A stretch of 64,000 nucleotides of DNA, taken from sequence record SRR22947725_3677. One strand, given 5' to 3'. The notes under the pieces are model-generated. The model worked only from the letters and a program-made list of their open reading frames with translations, did no database searches and was not told the DNA's origin. A program made the translations under genes and the position numbers. Positions 37,662 through 47,900 of this stretch are shown one piece after another; positions within the stretch are counted from its first letter, which is position 1; each line of letters starts with the position of its first letter.

Positions 37662-40457
37662 TCACAACGAAAGAATATACTCTGTAAGATTTTGGTCGTG
37701 CTCGAGGTTCATTTTTTTGCGTAGCCTATATCTTTTTATATCTACACTTTTTACAGAAATATTAAGAAGTGGTGCTATCTCTTTAGATGAAAGGTTCAAG
37801 CGCAGGTAGGCACAAAGTTTTAAGTCGTGGTTTGTAAGCAAAGCGTGCAATTCCTTTAATCGCTTTAAAAAATCCTTATCCGCATTATCAAAAGCTTGTT
37901 CAAAAAATTCCCAATCGTCATCGTTTTTCAACGAACGTTTAATGATGCGTATTACGCGCGCCACTATAGGGTCTTTTGCGGCTGGACTCAAATCATTGAG
38001 CAGCGCATTCATAAACTGATTTTTCTTTATCATCGCCATAGTAGAAATGGCAAGTTCCTTGTTCTTCTGTTCAATGTTATCTTCTAGCTGCTCGTTTTTG
38101 ATACGCATAATTTCCTCGTTTTGCTTTAAAGCCATGAGGTTTAATTTGCGTTTATTTTCTTCAATAAGTTTTTCCTGTTCAACTCTGTAGTATGTGATAT
38201 ATCTATTGTTAATTACCCTAAAAAGTAAAAGCATAAATGTGACGTAAATCAATAAGGCGATAGAGGAAAAATACCAAGGGCGATCAATTTTAAAAGGCAT
38301 TTCAAATACTTTATCACTCACCACATCTCCTACCATGGCGCGTGCATTAAGCGTGTACGTTCCAAATTTTAAATTACTATAATTAACTGTTGCGCGTTCA
38401 GACCAATTCGTCCACTTGTCTGAATAACCCTCCAATTTGTATTGAAAAAGAACTTTGTCGCCAACTTGATTATTAGATAGAAAATACGTTGCTTCAACAG
38501 AATTAAATCGTGAACTGAGTTTTACTTCTTCATCCAAATTCAAGTTCATCTGTTCGCCATTCTTGCTAGATACCTTGAGGCTACTTAATACAATATTGGG
38601 TGTGTACGTGTTGATTTTGGAGCTGTCAAATATAAAAAACCCCGTAGAGGTTCCAACTAGATACTCCTCCATAGCTACATGACTGATATTTTCAAACCCT
38701 GTGTTGGTTTTACGCATCTCGTAAGAAAGCGGGTATTTGTTTATAACATATGCGTCTGAAAGTGCTGCTTTCTCTAAACGAATTAGGTTGTTTCTTTCGA
38801 AAAGCCAAAGGTACTTGTCTCGATCAACCACCATCTTTCCAGAAGTAAAATTTATATCTGTAAATACATTTGAAACGGCAGTATTTCGTACAAAGCGTTC
38901 GGATTGTTTATCAAATTCAAAAAAACCCTGGTTTGAAAAATAACATAGTGTTCCTTGAAACATAACCATGCTGGCAAATAAACTAGCAGGTACTTTAGGG
39001 ATTTGTTTTACGTCAATCACAACTTGGTTTTCCGGGTCTAACGTAAGCTTAAAAACTCCCTTATACTCATGGCTTACAAATATTTCTTTTTCGTTTAAAT
39101 ACTCAAAATACCTAGAGGATATTTCAAAATCCATAATTGGTTTTACATACTTCCAAGAAGAACCATCAGGTTCAAACAGGTGCAAACCATTGTAAGTTCC
39201 AGCAATCAATCGGTCGTTCTTAACTTGCTTAAACAGCCAAACCCCAGATTTGGTAAAAAGTGGTTTAGCCTTGTTTTTGGTTACAATAAAAGCTCCTTTA
39301 TCATGACTACAAAATAACACTTCATTTATGAGTTGTAAGTTCCAAACTTGTCCCTCAAGGCCAATGACGGGCATGAGTTTTTCATTCGAATCAAATCGCT
39401 TATAATAAAGCCCTTGATTTGTACCAACATAAAGTATATTGTCAACTGTTTTGGTTGTATAAACTGTACCTATTGGTTGTTGGTTAATGTTATGTAAAAG
39501 CGTCGGAGAAACTAACGATACATAAGTAAGTCCGTTATCAAGTCCAAGCCATAGACCGTTTTGTGTATCAGCAAGAACAGATAATACGGTACTGTTCAGT
39601 AATCCTTGTTCACCGCCAATATGACGTATCAGATCTCCGTTTGAAGTTAAAACATAAACTCCATTTTTTATAGATCCCAAAATTAACTCACCCCTTTTTG
39701 TTTTTGCAAAACAAAAAATAACATCATTTGCAAGTGTATTACTCAATGTTGCGTTCAAGGGAACTAATTTATCTTTAAAGAGAAAAAGTCCGTTGTCTCG
39801 AGTAACCAACAAAGTTCCTTTAGGAGTTTCAGAAATACCTACAACATGATCGTTATTGAGTTCATTTGCGCTAATAAAAATCTGGCTTTTTTCATTTTCG
39901 ATTTTGTATAAGGAAAGATTATTGTCTTGATAATAAATATTTCCTGAATCGATGAAAACTGTCAAAATCCCTGTGATCGGAGTAAAGGTTCTTAGCTTAC
40001 GCTTGATTTGATCGTAAATAATGAGTCGGTTTAAAGACTGGAATATCACAAATTGCTTATGTGTTAAAATGTTCCAAACCTGTTCATCTTCAATCATTTT
40101 AAAGTTGAGGCTTTTTACTAGAGATGTATATGTAAGTTGTCCGTCTTTTTGCCGTAACCAGTAACCAAAATCCATGTAAGCACCAGTATACACTTCATTG
40201 TCTTTGGCTAAAACAGAGCGCATAATGGTATTATTGGGAGTAGGGTGTAATTTCCAATTAATCCCATTGAATTCTAGTAATCCAAAATTGTTTGCTACAT
40301 AAACACGGTTAGAATCATCTTGGGATATTTTCCAGTTTTGATCTCCAGCTTGGTATAGTTCTGGTGTGAAATTTTGTATAGGAGGATTGTACTGAGAAAA
40401 AATTAGGTTTACACAGAACAGATTGATTAGCAGCAATTTAATTTCGGGGTAATTCAA
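37662..40457 (-). CDS. Membrane-anchored LuxR-type regulator with a periplasmic beta-propeller and Y_Y_Y domain
   Basis: Propeller repeats (LWLGLDNG, LYVGTNQGLY), FQYKLEGY..YSNL..GTY, TM segment after PWYFS, C-terminal LCAYLRLNLSSKEIA...RYRLRKK. Confidence 0.9.
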   Translation of the reverse strand: MNYPEIKLLLINLFCVNLIFSQYNPPIQNFTPELYQAGDQNWKISQDDSNRVYVANNFGLLEFNGINWKLHPTPNNTIMRSVLAKDNEVYTGAYMDFGYWLRQKDGQLTYTSLVKSLNFKMIEDEQVWNILTHKQFVIFQSLNRLIIYDQIKRKLRTFTPITGILTVFIDSGNIYYQDNNLSLYKIENEKSQIFISANELNNDHVVGISETPKGTLLVTRDNGLFLFKDKLVPLNATLSNTLANDVIFCFAKTKRGELILGSIKNGVYVLTSNGDLIRHIGGEQGLLNSTVLSVLADTQNGLWLGLDNGLTYVSLVSPTLLHNINQQPIGTVYTTKTVDNILYVGTNQGLYYKRFDSNEKLMPVIGLEGQVWNLQLINEVLFCSHDKGAFIVTKNKAKPLFTKSGVWLFKQVKNDRLIAGTYNGLHLFEPDGSSWKYVKPIMDFEISSRYFEYLNEKEIFVSHEYKGVFKLTLDPENQVVIDVKQIPKVPASLFASMVMFQGTLCYFSNQGFFEFDKQSERFVRNTAVSNVFTDINFTSGKMVVDRDKYLWLFERNNLIRLEKAALSDAYVINKYPLSYEMRKTNTGFENISHVAMEEYLVGTSTGFFIFDSSKINTYTPNIVLSSLKVSSKNGEQMNLNLDEEVKLSSRFNSVEATYFLSNNQVGDKVLFQYKLEGYSDKWTNWSERATVNYSNLKFGTYTLNARAMVGDVVSDKVFEMPFKIDRPWYFSSIALLIYVTFMLLLFRVINNRYITYYRVEQEKLIEENKRKLNLMALKQNEEIMRIKNEQLEDNIEQKNKELAISTMAMIKKNQFMNALLNDLSPAAKDPIVARVIRIIKRSLKNDDDWEFFEQAFDNADKDFLKRLKELHALLTNHDLKLCAYLRLNLSSKEIAPLLNISVKSVDIKRYRLRKKMNLEHDQNLTEYILSL

Positions 40458-40640
40458 AATAAGGAAAGTTATGTATACACAAATCTAAACATTTTGAATT
40501 TAAATGATAAGAAAATAATTTAGAAGAAAAAACATACAAGAACGTGAACGTATGAAAAAATTATCATAACGTCAGATATTTTCCGTAGCCAAGGCTTCTA
40601 ATATTAAAGGGGGAAATAAATTTTTCATGTGTTTACAAAT

Positions 40641-40665
40641 ACCTCTACAACAGCACTACAATGCA
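40641..40665. promoter_or_regulatory. Second putative operator ACCTCTACAA-C-AGCACTACAA-TGCA
   Basis: Same AnCnnTACAA-n-AnCnnTACAA-TGCA pattern as 37611-37635. Confidence 0.45.
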
Positions 40666-40751
40666 TTTGTTTGAAATACAATGAACTATCATTAGATAGT
40701 TTTAAAGAAGATTCTTTTTAAAATATATATATTTAAACAAAAATATACGCT

Positions 40752-41219
40752 ATGAAAGATAGAAGAAGCTTTTTAAAAGATGTGTGCCCTACTGTTGCCT
40801 TTGCCTTTTTTGGGTTCAGTTTCCTTGAAGCCTGTGATAGTGGCGATGAGGACAGCGAAACTTTACCGCCAGACAACGGATCGGGAACTGATAAGGGTTA
40901 TTCCGTAAGTGGAAATACCTATACCATTGATTTATCACACAGTAATTTTAATGCTTTAGCAGAAGTAGGTGGCTGGAGGAATGGTAAGCCTATTGGGATT
41001 GCAGCGTTGTTTTTGCGAATTTCAACTACAAAAATTCAAGCTTACACCAACGTGTGTAAATACCATGGAAGAGATAATAATTGGGCATTAGAAAATTCTG
41101 AAACATTTAAATGTACGCATCAAAACAATACGTTTTCAACGGATTGTGATGCAACTGACGCTTTAGATTGTTATGAGTCAAACTTAGATGGGGATACGCT
41201 TACGGTAGTTATACGATAA
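40752..41219 (+). CDS. TAT-exported Rieske-like lipoprotein
   Basis: RRSFLK twin-arginine motif, LEAC lipobox, Cys/His boxes CKYH and CTH. Confidence 0.7.
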   Translation: MKDRRSFLKDVCPTVAFAFFGFSFLEACDSGDEDSETLPPDNGSGTDKGYSVSGNTYTIDLSHSNFNALAEVGGWRNGKPIGIAALFLRISTTKIQAYTNVCKYHGRDNNWALENSETFKCTHQNNTFSTDCDATDALDCYESNLDGDTLTVVIR

Positions 41220-41303
41220 ACGATATGTGCAATCTATAAGTGGGTTCGATTACTCTATAGCACTATGCCTCAAATTATTATCTTGCACTACTTATAATTT
41301 AAA

Positions 41304-42425
41304 ATGTCACATAACCCAATTTTAATTACTGCCCTTCTTGCCTTATTGCTTGGTGGGTGCGCGCAAGCACCAAAAAAATCAATTACCGAGCCTAGTACAG
41401 ACTCCCATGTTACAGCTGGGCATAGCTGTACCCCTACAAATGCGCGTTTTAGCACACCATCTGATATCCAAAAAAATGATACTGAAGCCTCGGTTGAGGG
41501 GATGGTATTAATTCCAGGAGGTTCATTTAGTATGGGAGCCGATGACGAGCAAGCTTGGAGAGACGAATACCCCAAGCATGAGGTTGCAATTGATTCATTT
41601 TGGATGGATATTCACGAAGTAACCAATGCGCAATTTGCAGCATTTGTTGAAGCCACTGGTTATGTTACTATTGCAGAAAAAGAAGTGGATTGGGAAGAAG
41701 TGAAAAAAGAATTACCTCCAGGAACACCAAAACCAGATGCAAGTCAACTTGCTCCTGCATCACTAGTTTTTGTGGCTTCGGATCGACCCGTTCCTTTAAA
41801 TAATGTAAGTCAATGGTGGCAGTGGAAACAGGAGGCTAATTGGCGGCAGCCGGAAGGACCTGGTAGCAACATTATTGGAAAAGAAAACTACCCTGTGGTT
41901 CATGTAAGTTGGTTTGACGCTGTTGCCTATTGCGAATGGGCTGGAAAGCGACTCCCCACAGAAGCAGAATGGGAATATGCTAGTAGAGGGAGTTTAGACA
42001 ATAGTGTTTATGCTTGGGGTGACGAGGCATTGTCTGATGGAAAAGCCAAAGCCAATACTTGGGAAGGGAGTTTTCCCTATGAAAATAAATTGCGTGATGG
42101 CTATTACCTCAGTGCACCCGTGATGAGCTTTCAACCTAATGGCTTTGGCTTATATGACATGTCTGGAAATTTATGGGAATGGTGTGCCGATTGGTACCAC
42201 GAGGAATATTACAAAACACTTGCAGACAAAACGACAAATAACCCAAAAGGGCCTGCATCTAGTTATGACTCTAACGAGCCCTATGCACAGAAGCGTGTAA
42301 CTAGAGGAGGTAGCTTTCTATGCCACGAGAGTTATTGTAGTGGGTACAGAAATTCCATGCGTATGAAAACTACTCCTGATACAGGAAGCATCCACACGGG
42401 GTTTAGAGCGGTAAAAAACTTGTAA
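41304..42425 (+). CDS. Formylglycine-generating enzyme (SUMF1/FGE family)
   Basis: HEVTNAQF, RLPTEAEWEYA, NGFGLYDMSGN, RGGSFLCHESYC with both active-site Cys, GFR; signal ending LGGC. Confidence 0.9.
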   Translation: MSHNPILITALLALLLGGCAQAPKKSITEPSTDSHVTAGHSCTPTNARFSTPSDIQKNDTEASVEGMVLIPGGSFSMGADDEQAWRDEYPKHEVAIDSFWMDIHEVTNAQFAAFVEATGYVTIAEKEVDWEEVKKELPPGTPKPDASQLAPASLVFVASDRPVPLNNVSQWWQWKQEANWRQPEGPGSNIIGKENYPVVHVSWFDAVAYCEWAGKRLPTEAEWEYASRGSLDNSVYAWGDEALSDGKAKANTWEGSFPYENKLRDGYYLSAPVMSFQPNGFGLYDMSGNLWEWCADWYHEEYYKTLADKTTNNPKGPASSYDSNEPYAQKRVTRGGSFLCHESYCSGYRNSMRMKTTPDTGSIHTGFRAVKNL

Positions 42426-42428
42426 AAG

Positions 42429-42806
42429 CTAGGCTTCTTTTTTGGAAATCCACAAGATGGCCGCGCTGCCAATAAGCATCAGTCCTGCAGGTAAGAATTT
42501 AAGTGCTTGATCTCCCACTTTAAAATGCATAGCAATAGCGCCAACCATTAATAGCGCTATAATAGTTGCAGATGGCACAATCGCTTTCTTGTATTTAAAT
42601 CCTAAAAGGAGTCCCAATGCGGCAAGTATCTTTAAACCACCAACTAAAAAAACCATTGATTCACTCAAACCATAAGCAGTGAATTCTTCAAGCATTGTAC
42701 TGGCATCTCCTCCGCGGTAGGGTGTTGCTTTACTGTATCTAAAAAGCCAAACATTAAGTACTACTGCAGGCACGACTAACATTAAAAGTTGTTTTAAATA
42801 TCTCAT
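42429..42806 (-). CDS. DoxX family membrane protein
   Basis: Four hydrophobic segments, EEFTAYGL, LMVGAIAMH. Confidence 0.8.
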   Translation of the reverse strand: MRYLKQLLMLVVPAVVLNVWLFRYSKATPYRGGDASTMLEEFTAYGLSESMVFLVGGLKILAALGLLLGFKYKKAIVPSATIIALLMVGAIAMHFKVGDQALKFLPAGLMLIGSAAILWISKKEA

Positions 42807-43147
42807 TTTACTGATTTTATGGTGTTTCTAAATATAAGAAAATTTATAAATAAATAGAATATAGCGGGAGCTGCTTGAATTAAAGTATCCCCAATATAAA
42901 TTCGTGTAAGTAAAGCCCCAAGCATAAGAATGATCAATCCTAAGGCTGCAAACATCTTTATTTTACGAAAATAAAATCCCCCCAAAAGACCAAGCCCAAG
43001 TAGTGCTTGTACAACCCCTATAAACACGCGATAGTCGGCAAATCCGTACCGTTCAAACTCCGCAATAAAGAACGGATGATATAGCGCTATAATTCCATAG
43101 AAAAAATGTGAGAATCCGGAAAAGAAAGTAAGTCCTCTAATAAACAT
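42803..43147 (-). CDS. DoxX family membrane protein
   Basis: EFERYG, LMLGALLTR; start moved to ATG 43147. Confidence 0.75.
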   Translation of the reverse strand: MFIRGLTFFSGFSHFFYGIIALYHPFFIAEFERYGFADYRVFIGVVQALLGLGLLGGFYFRKIKMFAALGLIILMLGALLTRIYIGDTLIQAAPAIFYLFINFLIFRNTIKSVK

Positions 43148-43355
43148 CGCGTGAAGGTAGGTTATTGAGTTAAAACTGTAGTGCTGATGTAGATGAAAAT
43201 CGAAATGATTGTAAATTTTGCAGCCGTGTTTAACAATAATATCGAGAATGACACGAGCCGGTATGACCACTTTTTTAATCTAATTGACCTAAAAAAGAAC
43301 AGTTTTTAATGACAGTTAATTCATATTTACAACGTATTTTATTTTTAATGCACAG

Positions 43356-44870
43356 ATGACAAAGAGAAACACAGCGCTTCTAATTTTACTGGCACTTCTT
43401 TTACCCAAAACGGGAATAGTTGCCCAAAAAAACACAACTAATTCTGAGTCTAAGCAACCAAATTTTTTGTTTGTATTGGTAGATGATCAACCTTTTGATG
43501 CTATTGGACTATCAGGTCGTTACCCTTTTTTAGAAACACCCAATATGGATCGCTTAGCCAAGGAAGGGGTTAACGTCGAGAATTTTTTTGTTACACAATC
43601 TATTTGCTCACCTTCACGCGCAAGTTTCCTAACAGGCACCTACCCACACATTCATGGGGTTAATCAAAACAACCGCCATGTAGACCCAAAGTGGGATGAG
43701 TTTGCTCCTTACTCCGTTCATTTAAGAGAATCCGGGTATCAAACAGCACATGTTGGTAAAATTCATATGGCGCATTTAAAAGGTAAAGAACACATAAGAC
43801 CTGGTTTTGATTATTGGTTTAGTTTTATAGGACAAGGGAAATATTTTGATCCCGAAGTAAATGATAATGGTAACGAATATCAAGAAAAAGGATACATGAC
43901 AGATATCCTTACTGACAAAGCTATTTCTTGGTTAAAAGAAAAACGAGATCCAAATAAACCCTTTAGTTTAAACCTTTGGCATAAAGCAGTACATCAACCA
44001 CATTTGCCAGCTCCAAGACATGAAAATTTATACACTGGAGAGGAGTTGCCTAAGCCGCCCTACGACACCCATAAAGAAACCTTTAAAGGAAAACCAGAGT
44101 GGCAGCGCAAAAAAACTTTCGGTTTTGAATGGAAAAAAAACCTACCTATCCCTGAAGAATTACCAGAATTAGAATGGCCCATCAATTACGATAGAAACAT
44201 GCAGCTTTTACGTTGTTTAGTAGCGATTGATGAATCACTTGGAAAAGTTTTGGCGACTTTGGAAGAAATGGGCGAATTGGATAATACAGTGATTATTTAC
44301 AGTAGTGATAATGGCTACTTTATGGGAGAGCACACTTTCTTAGACAAACGTTTGGCCTATGAAAACTCCATGCGCGTTCCAATGTTAATTCGCTACCCAA
44401 AATTAATAAAAGAAAATATCAAGGTAAAAGAGCAGTGTTTAAATATTGATATAGCACCAACAATTTTAGAATTGGCTGGAATAGAAATTCCTGATTATAT
44501 GCAGGGAGAATCTATGCTAGATTTGTTAAAAGGAGAAAAGGAAGAAGATTGGCGTCAGGCAATTCTGTTTGAGTACTACTTAGACACCTACTGGCCTTAT
44601 GCGGGTCCAAATCAAATTGCCGTCAGAACAGATCGGTATAAATTAGTTGATGCTTTTTTAGCAAATGATATCGATGAACTGTACGACCTTAAGAATGATC
44701 CAGGGGAAATGAAAAACCTAATTAATGATGACAAGTACAACGAAGTTGAACAGCGTCTTAGAGAGCAAGCTACTGCGTTAAAAAAGAAATACAAGTACAA
44801 TCCTAAGAGAGATTGGTGGCTGCAAGAGGTTATGAAGGCTAAACGAAATAAAGAAACCGTTCAAAGCTAA
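43356..44870 (+). CDS. Cys-type S1 sulfatase (N-acetylglucosamine-6-sulfatase-like)
   Basis: PNFLFVLVDD, CSPSRASFLTG, GKIH, SDNG, ELYDL..DP.E. Confidence 0.93.
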   Translation: MTKRNTALLILLALLLPKTGIVAQKNTTNSESKQPNFLFVLVDDQPFDAIGLSGRYPFLETPNMDRLAKEGVNVENFFVTQSICSPSRASFLTGTYPHIHGVNQNNRHVDPKWDEFAPYSVHLRESGYQTAHVGKIHMAHLKGKEHIRPGFDYWFSFIGQGKYFDPEVNDNGNEYQEKGYMTDILTDKAISWLKEKRDPNKPFSLNLWHKAVHQPHLPAPRHENLYTGEELPKPPYDTHKETFKGKPEWQRKKTFGFEWKKNLPIPEELPELEWPINYDRNMQLLRCLVAIDESLGKVLATLEEMGELDNTVIIYSSDNGYFMGEHTFLDKRLAYENSMRVPMLIRYPKLIKENIKVKEQCLNIDIAPTILELAGIEIPDYMQGESMLDLLKGEKEEDWRQAILFEYYLDTYWPYAGPNQIAVRTDRYKLVDAFLANDIDELYDLKNDPGEMKNLINDDKYNEVEQRLREQATALKKKYKYNPKRDWWLQEVMKAKRNKETVQS

Positions 44871-44936
44871 ACAAGCTCCAAGTTTATACTTATAAACTAA
44901 TTGAAAAAGTGTATTTTACAAGCAATAATCATTGTT

Positions 44937-47900
44937 ATGAAAAAACGCTTTTTTAATTCAGTTCTTTCAATACTATTATTATTTTTCTTCTTTTCCTTTG
45001 GGCAACAAATTAAACACCTTGGTGTTTATGATGGAATTCGAAGTGGCGCTGTAAGAACCTTTGAAAAGGATACGTTGGGCTATATGTGGATTGGAACTTC
45101 ACAAGGGCTTAACAGGTATTCTGGTTATGAATTTAAAAATTACAATTCCCAAGCAACTACAAATGGTGTTGTAGATATTATACGTAAAAACGAATACCTA
45201 TTTGTATTAGGCGCTAAGGGTGATCTACTTCAATATCTCTATGAGCAAGATAGTTTCAAAACTGTTTTAAGTTTAAAAGATTTAAATTTCTTATGCTTTG
45301 AGTTGGTTAATGACGATACCCTAATTATTGGACTACAATACGGATTGTTAACCTATAACTTTAAAACAAAAGAAACAAGTGAATTACTGTTCACAAAAAG
45401 TCATTTTAACCGAAAAATCAACGTTAGAAAAAACCAGATTTATGTAGCTTCTACAAAGGGGATTACCGTTTATGATTATTTCAAAGATACCCGCCAGCTA
45501 GAAGAACGTGAGACACTTCTGAATGATGTAGAGGTCCTGGATTTTAATTTTGACAAACAAGGTCGGATTTGGGCTGGAACGTACGAAGAAGGGGTTTATG
45601 TTGTTGAAAATGACACCCCTAAAAAACTAAAAATTTACGATAAGCGCTTAAAAACCTACACAATAAGGTCTGTTGAATTTGACAAAAACAACAATGCGTT
45701 AATTGCCCTTGAGGGGGTTGGATTGGTTGTTCTAGATTCACTTTTTAATGTTGTAAACACATTAAAATACGATCCCAATACGTTTAATTCTTTAAGTCAA
45801 AATAGTGTGTATGACGTTTTCGTTGACGAAGACAATGTGTATTGGCTTGGATTGAGAGAAGTTGGAATTGATTTGATTTACCCAAAAGACAACTCTTTTG
45901 AAAACATATCATATATCCCCTACAAACAAAATAACATATCCAATAACAACATCCGGTCAATTTATTTTGAAGAAAACAAAGCGGTTTGGTTTGGTACCGA
46001 AAATGGGATTAGTAAACTTTCATCAAATGGGACCTGGACAAACTACAACCGGGATCCGTTGCTTTCAAACAAAGCAGTTTTAACGATAAATAAACAGGGG
46101 GAACACCTTATTTTGAGTGTGTATGGCATTGGGTTAATTCGATTCGATCCAAAAACGGGAAAAACCTATGACTTTCCCTTACTCGAAAAAGAAAAAAAAT
46201 CTACCTCAATTTTTGCTACCTATATTGATGGTGACGAGCTTTGGATTGGCGGTTTTGACGGGCCAGTCAAACACTTCCAAAATGGTGCTTTAGTGAATAG
46301 TTACGTCACAGGAAATGCAAGAACTATCATCTCTGGAGGAGAGAATATAATATATGTAGGCTCTCCAAATGGTTTATTTAAAATTGATACATCAACCCAA
46401 CAATTGACCCGAATTGAAAATGATACTTTCAAAAATATTGATCAAATCTATTCTTTACTATATGACCAAGAAAATGCGTGTGTTTGGATTGGAAACACAC
46501 AAGGACTGTTTAAATACAACCCTGAAACTAATGAAATAAACTCTGCAAGTAAGGCACTAAACATTGAATCAGGCACCATCTTTTCTGTACAAAAAGACAC
46601 GAATCAAAACTTATGGCTCAGTGGTTATAAAGGATTGTGGAAACTAAGTGTCAAGACTGGTGACCTCAGAAAATATGATTATGGTGATGGGGTTTCCATT
46701 GAGACCTTTGGGTTTGGCGCATCAACAAAGGCTTCCAATGGCCGCTTAGCATTTGGTGGTCCAAAAGGAGCTACGCTATTCAATCCAGTATCATTGCCTA
46801 TCGAAAAGGAAGTTGCACCTATCTATATATCAAATTTTCAGGTGAATGGTGTTGACGCAGATTCGACCGTAATTAAAAAGAATATAAATTTTCTAGAAAA
46901 GGTCGCGTTGAATTATGCTCAAAACTCGTTTAGTATTGACTTTGAAGCACCAACGTATCATGGGTCCAAAAGACATACATTTAGCTGGCAGCTTAAAGGC
47001 TACGACCAAGCTCCGATTGAGGCAAAGAATGACAGGAAAATCATTTATTCAAAACTCCCCCCTGGCAAATATACCTTGGAAATAAAGGCCGAAAACATAG
47101 CGGGTTTACCATCACAAAATTCCTTTTCAATTGAACTTATAATTAAAAATCCCTTTTGGCTAAGCGGCTGGGCAATTTTGGGTTACATAATCATGGGGAT
47201 AGGTCTGGTATTACTAATCATCGTTATTGGCAGGACGAGAGCCGAACAAAAGTTTAATGAAAATAAAATCAAGTTTTTTACTGAAGTTGCCCATGACATT
47301 AGAACACCTGTTTCGCTAATCCAACTGTTAGTATCCCAGCTATCTTCAGATAAAAGTAAATTCAACAGTAATATTGAATTGATTTATAGAAATACTCAAA
47401 ATTTGAACGAGTATGTTACGCAGCTCTTAGACTTTCAAAAGGCGGATCGTAAGATGCTTAAGTTAACTGTAAAGCAAGTTAAACTTAACAAAATTATAAG
47501 TCGGATTGTAGAAGAAGTTAATCCTTTGCTCAATGAAAAGTCAATCGATTTAACTGTATCAATTCCTAAAATAAATCTATGGGTTGATGAAAGTAAAATG
47601 TCTCGGATTTTCTACAACTTAATTTCCAATGCAATTAAATATAGTGAGGAGGGAGGGCAAATTGAAATTAAAGCTAGCAGGACGAAAAAAACAGTTATAA
47701 TTGATTTTATAGACAATGGATTTGGAATTCCAGAAAAAGAACAAAAATTGATTTTTTCTCGATTTACTAGAGGCACAAATATTAATAATAAAGGTATTTA
47801 CGGCTCTGGAATTGGGCTAATGATTTCTAAAAAGATTGTAGAACTTCACGGAGGGGAAATAGCGCTTACGAGTAAGGAGAATTTGGGCTCTACGTTTTCT

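Noticed and set aside
41238-41258. GGGTTCGATT, a T-loop-like sequence that could be a tRNA fragment or attachment site
   Set aside because: The flanks do not pair as a T-stem and do not match the tRNA-Arg 3' end.
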